From: an uncultured virus (IMG/VR IMGVR_UViG_3300027563_000599) | Taxonomy: Duplodnaviria; Heunggongvirae; Uroviricota; Caudoviricetes | Direction: 5' to 3' (one strand) | IMG/VR virus record: IMGVR_UViG_3300027563_000599 | DNA: 20,000 bases | In this document: in pieces, positions 16,520-20,000 of the stretch | Numbering within the stretch: the stretch's first letter is position 1 | How the letters are laid out: every line of letters starts with the position of its first letter | Program-made: the position numbers and the translations under genes | Notes under the pieces: model-generated | Databases searched by the model: none | Told to the model about the DNA's origin: nothing | Seen by the model: only the letters and a program-made list of their open reading frames with translations

Positions 16520-16954
16520 TTACTCCAGTGGTCCTAGTATTTCAAAGCCATCCATGTCAGACTTGTATAGATGTGCCTGTTCAAGATACAAGTATCTAAA
16601 TCCGCGATCTTTGTAAATTGCACACTCTGCTTGTAGTGTTTCGATACCCAATCTCATTTTGGGTCTATTATAATTCCATGCAAACTGATCACACAAGGCA
16701 TTGTGATCGTCGTAGCGCCGTATCAGTGAAAATGCCACCAAACGATCCACATCGTAGTAGCCGATCACATCGGTCATTGGGTCTGTGTATCTGCTGTCAA
16801 ATATCGGCATCACCGATGCAAAGTGCTTGTATTTGCAGTAGTCTCGATAGATCAGATTCAGCTCAGCAATGTTGGGTGTGCGCAGATACTCCCACTTGAC
16901 ATTGATTTTGTAATTGGTCTTAGCTAAATCAATTCTAGCAAACTGGTAGCTCAT
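16520..16954 (-). CDS. GNAT-fold protein resembling the C-terminal domain of Arg/Leu-tRNA-protein transferases (ATE/Bpt)
   Basis: YYDVDRLVAFS and AWNY...RLGIETLQAEC...GFRYLYL...YK resemble the ATE_C pattern (YDP...SLG...L-x-EI...G-x-x-Y-x-YLG...YK). Confidence 0.5.
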   Translation of the reverse strand: MSYQFARIDLAKTNYKINVKWEYLRTPNIAELNLIYRDYCKYKHFASVMPIFDSRYTDPMTDVIGYYDVDRLVAFSLIRRYDDHNALCDQFAWNYNRPKMRLGIETLQAECAIYKDRGFRYLYLEQAHLYKSDMDGFEILGPLE

Positions 16955-17454
16955 GTTCTGGGATCCTGTCTGTGCTGAAACAGGCCGGTTAGATATTCTT
17001 CAGGCCAGTCATGATAAAATCCTCGGCTGGCCATGAGTCGAGCCTTGGTGTTTAGATCACTGAGACTCTGCACCAGAGCCAAGGCATAAGTGCCTTGATT
17101 CATGCATACTCCGTTGACCATTTCCACATCTGCAGGATGGTCTTCCAAGGCCAACATGTCTCTAGGCAGCAGAACTTCTTGGTTTGCCAGTTCAATGCTA
17201 CCAGCCAGCTGTTCATGCGTCCATTCTTGAGGATCATACACATAGATGACAACTTCTTTATCGCCCATGCCCTGTCGGCCACGGTGTTTAAGATCATAAT
17301 AAGGATCTGCACCAAGATACACTGCATAACTGTTCTTTATTCGTGCTGACCGTGCGTAGGGACAAGGCGAAAAGCCCCCCAGGGCTGGATGCGGAACTTC
17401 TAGGAAGTTTGCAATCCACAGTTCTATATCTTTTTTAACTTGTTCGATATCCAT
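16951..17454 (-). CDS. DUF1415-like hypothetical protein
   Basis: W...PCPYAR near the N-terminus and a central LEDHP, resembling the CPFA and FHP motifs of DUF1415. Confidence 0.45.
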   Translation of the reverse strand: MDIEQVKKDIELWIANFLEVPHPALGGFSPCPYARSARIKNSYAVYLGADPYYDLKHRGRQGMGDKEVVIYVYDPQEWTHEQLAGSIELANQEVLLPRDMLALEDHPADVEMVNGVCMNQGTYALALVQSLSDLNTKARLMASRGFYHDWPEEYLTGLFQHRQDPRT

Positions 17455-17463
17455 GGTTGATTT

Positions 17464-17700
17464 TTAGAAAAACGGTAGTCCTGATTTTTTAGTAGTTTCT
17501 AAATTGTCTTTGATAATGTCAGACACTGAATTACGCTCTTCATAGCTGAGATTTAGTGCAGCTTCATATGATAGGCCACCGCGCATGTACCATACCATTT
17601 TTAACGCCTCTTGTTTGATGGACTTGCTTTCTTTGTCTAACTGATCAACCCATTTGGAAATTTGATCAGAATCCAGCACTAGGAGGCGTCCGCGAAAAAA
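17464..17700 (-). CDS. Small baseplate/tail assembly chaperone ORF (gp51- or gpT-like), probably reached by -1 frameshift or by a GTG start overlapping the upstream stop
   Basis: The frame is open across the end of the upstream gene and encodes WYMRGGLSYEAALNLSYEER...LPFF, a helix pattern seen in tail chaperone C-terminal extensions. Confidence 0.6.
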   Translation of the reverse strand, partial: FFRGRLLVLDSDQISKWVDQLDKESKSIKQEALKMVWYMRGGLSYEAALNLSYEERNSVSDIIKDNLETTKKSGLPFF

Positions 17701-18515
17701 CTTGTCATGTCCAATGTAATGGCCTGTAGATATTCTTTGGTGCATTCTGCACACTGCAAGGTCACCGGTTGTAGTTCAGCATTGGCCTTGGCTTCCACAA
17801 TGTGATCACGTATCTTGGCAAACAGTCTTCGATCGCAATTTTTCAACATGTCTTCAATGAACTCACGTTCGGTCACAAGTGCAGCAGGTGTTTTGACAGC
17901 CTTGATGCTTTGTCCCAAAACATTCACAGTGATTTCTGTAATTTTCATCAATGCTGCACTCAATGCACTCATACGTTGATCATCGGGCATGTCTGCGCCC
18001 GGTAAGACCTGTAGAATTTTTTGTTCTTCAAACTGGCGTAGATTATTGGCATTGAGGTCTTGGTAAGTCATGGGCTTGAAAAAGATTTCAAGATCGCCGT
18101 CAGTTATTGGCTGTGAGTAATCTGGTGCTCGCATGTTTTCTAGCACTCTTCTTAGATCCAGTCCGTAGTCTGCTTCGTGACTGCAATTTGGACATCTGGT
18201 TGAAATTTCCATGTTGTGTCCGTAACTGGCAATGCGAATTGCAACCAATATAGTGTCAACATCCACAGCAGGTATAGCCCATGGGTCTCGAATGGCAGGA
18301 ATACAACTTTTGATAACATTGACAACAGCATTGCCGTTAAACAATGCATCGGGTGTGCGATAGGTAATTTCGTCAATTGCAGTCATTGGATACACCGGCA
18401 ATTCTCTCGTAGGTGGCATGGCCAATGCACCATCAGGATAATATTTTCCGTCGCTGGGCAGACGGATATACACCGCTGGCTGTCTGAAATACTGTGTTAA
18501 TGGGTTATTTTGCAT
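17679..18515 (-). CDS. gp26-like baseplate hub assembly chaperone (278 aa)
   Basis: MQNNPLTQYFRQP...LPSDG, PMTAIDE, D-x-x-LVAIRIASYG and two CxxC pairs (CPNC, CAEC). AGGA RBS before the ATG at 18515. Confidence 0.75.
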   Translation of the reverse strand: MQNNPLTQYFRQPAVYIRLPSDGKYYPDGALAMPPTRELPVYPMTAIDEITYRTPDALFNGNAVVNVIKSCIPAIRDPWAIPAVDVDTILVAIRIASYGHNMEISTRCPNCSHEADYGLDLRRVLENMRAPDYSQPITDGDLEIFFKPMTYQDLNANNLRQFEEQKILQVLPGADMPDDQRMSALSAALMKITEITVNVLGQSIKAVKTPAALVTEREFIEDMLKNCDRRLFAKIRDHIVEAKANAELQPVTLQCAECTKEYLQAITLDMTSFFADAS

Positions 18516-18527
18516 GTGGTTTTCCTG

Positions 18528-18535
18528 TATAAATA
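18528..18535 (+). promoter_or_regulatory. T4-type late promoter TATAAATA
   Basis: Exact T4 late consensus, 5 nt before the ATG at 18541. Confidence 0.75.
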
Positions 18536-18540
18536 TAGTT

Positions 18541-20000
18541 ATGGCAAATGCATACACCCCAGAAGAAATCGCAGAACTCAAAGCACGAGAAGCAGATGAG
18601 ATAAAACGCTTTGGTAAAGCCACAGTCGAAACCAGAATGGCTCTGATAGACATGGCTGTGGGTGCCAAAGGCGCCACAGCCGCAATGACCAAAGGATTCA
18701 ATAGTCTAGGTACATCGGCACTGGGTCTTACCAAACAACTGTACGACGGGGAAGTTGGCGCCAGTGTGTTCAACAAAAGCATTGGCGGTGTCACTGACGC
18801 ATTGGGCGATCTAGTTGGATTGATTCCTTATGTGGGCGGCGCTCTTAAAACACTGGTAAAGGGTGCCAGTGAGTACACACAAGCTGTAAACAAACAAGCA
18901 GATTTACTATACAGTAATTATCAACGCATGTCCGAAATGGGTGCTGCTGGCGCCAAAGGCATGCAAGGAGTTTATGATAATTTAAAACGCATGAACTACG
19001 GTACTGAAGAACTGGACAAGTTTGTTAGTATTGTTAAAGAAAATTCTCAGACGCTGGCACATTTTGGTGGCACAGCAACCCAAGGACTTGATCAAATTTC
19101 CAGTGTGGCACAAGCCATACAGCAGAGTAATCTTGGGACAGAATTCCGCAACATGGGTATCAGTGTTGACGAAATCAACAAAGGTATTGCTGGTTTTACA
19201 AAAATGCAATCTCTCTACGGCACACGCCAGAGAATGACTTCTGAAGAACAGGCCGCAGCAGCTTCTAATTACATTAGAGAAATAGACTTGCTGGCCAAAA
19301 TTACTGGCAAAAATAGAGAACAGCAACAGGCGCTGGAAGAAAGCGCCATGGCAGAAGAACGTTTTGCTGGCTACAGACAAGAATTAAAAAAACGTGCAGA
19401 AATGGGTGACCTTGCTGCCGCAGAACAAATAAAGACAGTTGACGCTACGCAAAAATGGCTAGGAGACCAAGCACCCGAAACACGCAAAGGTTTCTTGAAT
19501 ATCTTGTCAGGAACACTAGACACTCCTGAAGCAAAGAAACTACTGCTGACCATGCCTGAAGCAGCCGCAGTAGCAAGTAAAAAGATGTTCTCTGTTACAG
19601 AATTTCAGACAGCAATGTTGTCTGATCTAAAAAGAAACGAAGACGCTGCAAATCAAATGGCACAAGTGGGTGTCAACGATTCAACTTTTCTCAAGTACAC
19701 TGAACAATTAAGGTTGCGTGCAAATCTTGAAGGCGGCCTCATGGACGAACGCCTGAAGCAAGCCAAACAAGAACAAAAAGTCAATGACCAAGGCACTAAG
19801 GATATAACCAAGATTCAAGAAGAAAATCGCAAATCACGTGATAATCTTCAAGATCTTGTCAACGCAGGCATACCCAAGGTCACCGCAGGCATGAAAGGGC
19901 TAGCCACTGCTACTGACAAAACCATTGATACAATGACCAAAGCGGCTGAAAAATTAGGGGTCAGCGTTAAAAAGAGAGACGAATCTGCACCACCTGCTGT
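18541..20000 (+). CDS. Tape-measure-like long helical virion protein (partial, runs off the right edge)
   Basis: Not in the ORF track because no stop falls in the window. Manual translation MANAYTPEEIAELKAREADEIKRFG...YIREIDLLAKITGKNREQQQALEE is Ala/Gly/Gln-rich and helical. Adjacent to tail chaperone genes and behind a late promoter. Confidence 0.65.
   Translation, partial: MANAYTPEEIAELKAREADEIKRFGKATVETRMALIDMAVGAKGATAAMTKGFNSLGTSALGLTKQLYDGEVGASVFNKSIGGVTDALGDLVGLIPYVGGALKTLVKGASEYTQAVNKQADLLYSNYQRMSEMGAAGAKGMQGVYDNLKRMNYGTEELDKFVSIVKENSQTLAHFGGTATQGLDQISSVAQAIQQSNLGTEFRNMGISVDEINKGIAGFTKMQSLYGTRQRMTSEEQAAAASNYIREIDLLAKITGKNREQQQALEESAMAEERFAGYRQELKKRAEMGDLAAAEQIKTVDATQKWLGDQAPETRKGFLNILSGTLDTPEAKKLLLTMPEAAAVASKKMFSVTEFQTAMLSDLKRNEDAANQMAQVGVNDSTFLKYTEQLRLRANLEGGLMDERLKQAKQEQKVNDQGTKDITKIQEENRKSRDNLQDLVNAGIPKVTAGMKGLATATDKTIDTMTKAAEKLGVSVKKRDESAPPA

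Noticed and set aside
18516..18794. N-terminal 93 aa of the 371-aa ORF-track call (17679..18794)
   Set aside because: It is antisense to the tape-measure-like gene and spans the promoter gap. The likely start is the ATG at 18515, which has an RBS.
1..20000. Stop-codon reassignment (alternative genetic code)
   Set aside because: Genes tile densely under the standard code, and TAA, TAG and TGA all terminate intact conserved genes.

Overview
This window looks like a segment of a large T4-like (gp55-encoding) myophage genome. From left to right it carries: (1) a minus-strand baseplate/tail operon (gp5-like spike N-terminus, two hub-like ORFs, gp53-like, tail-tube-initiator-like); (2) a plus-strand operon of late sigma factor gp55, gp47 and gp46, interleaved with and followed by accessory enzymes (two paralogous unknown proteins, an SGNH-like protein, two radical SAM enzymes); (3) a short GIY-YIG nuclease followed by about 410 bp of highly structured non-coding sequence; (4) a convergent minus-strand cassette (gp26-like chaperone, downstream small ORF, DUF1415-like, aminoacyl-transferase-like, small barrel protein, MTA/SAH nucleosidase); (5) the start of a tape-measure-like gene. 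The best leads are the GIY-YIG plus candidate large ncRNA unit, a probable -1 frameshift at the end of the gp26-like gene, an acidic repeat shared by two different baseplate genes, and matched duplications in both coiled-coil arms of gp46. All family calls come from motif recognition by eye, not from database searches.
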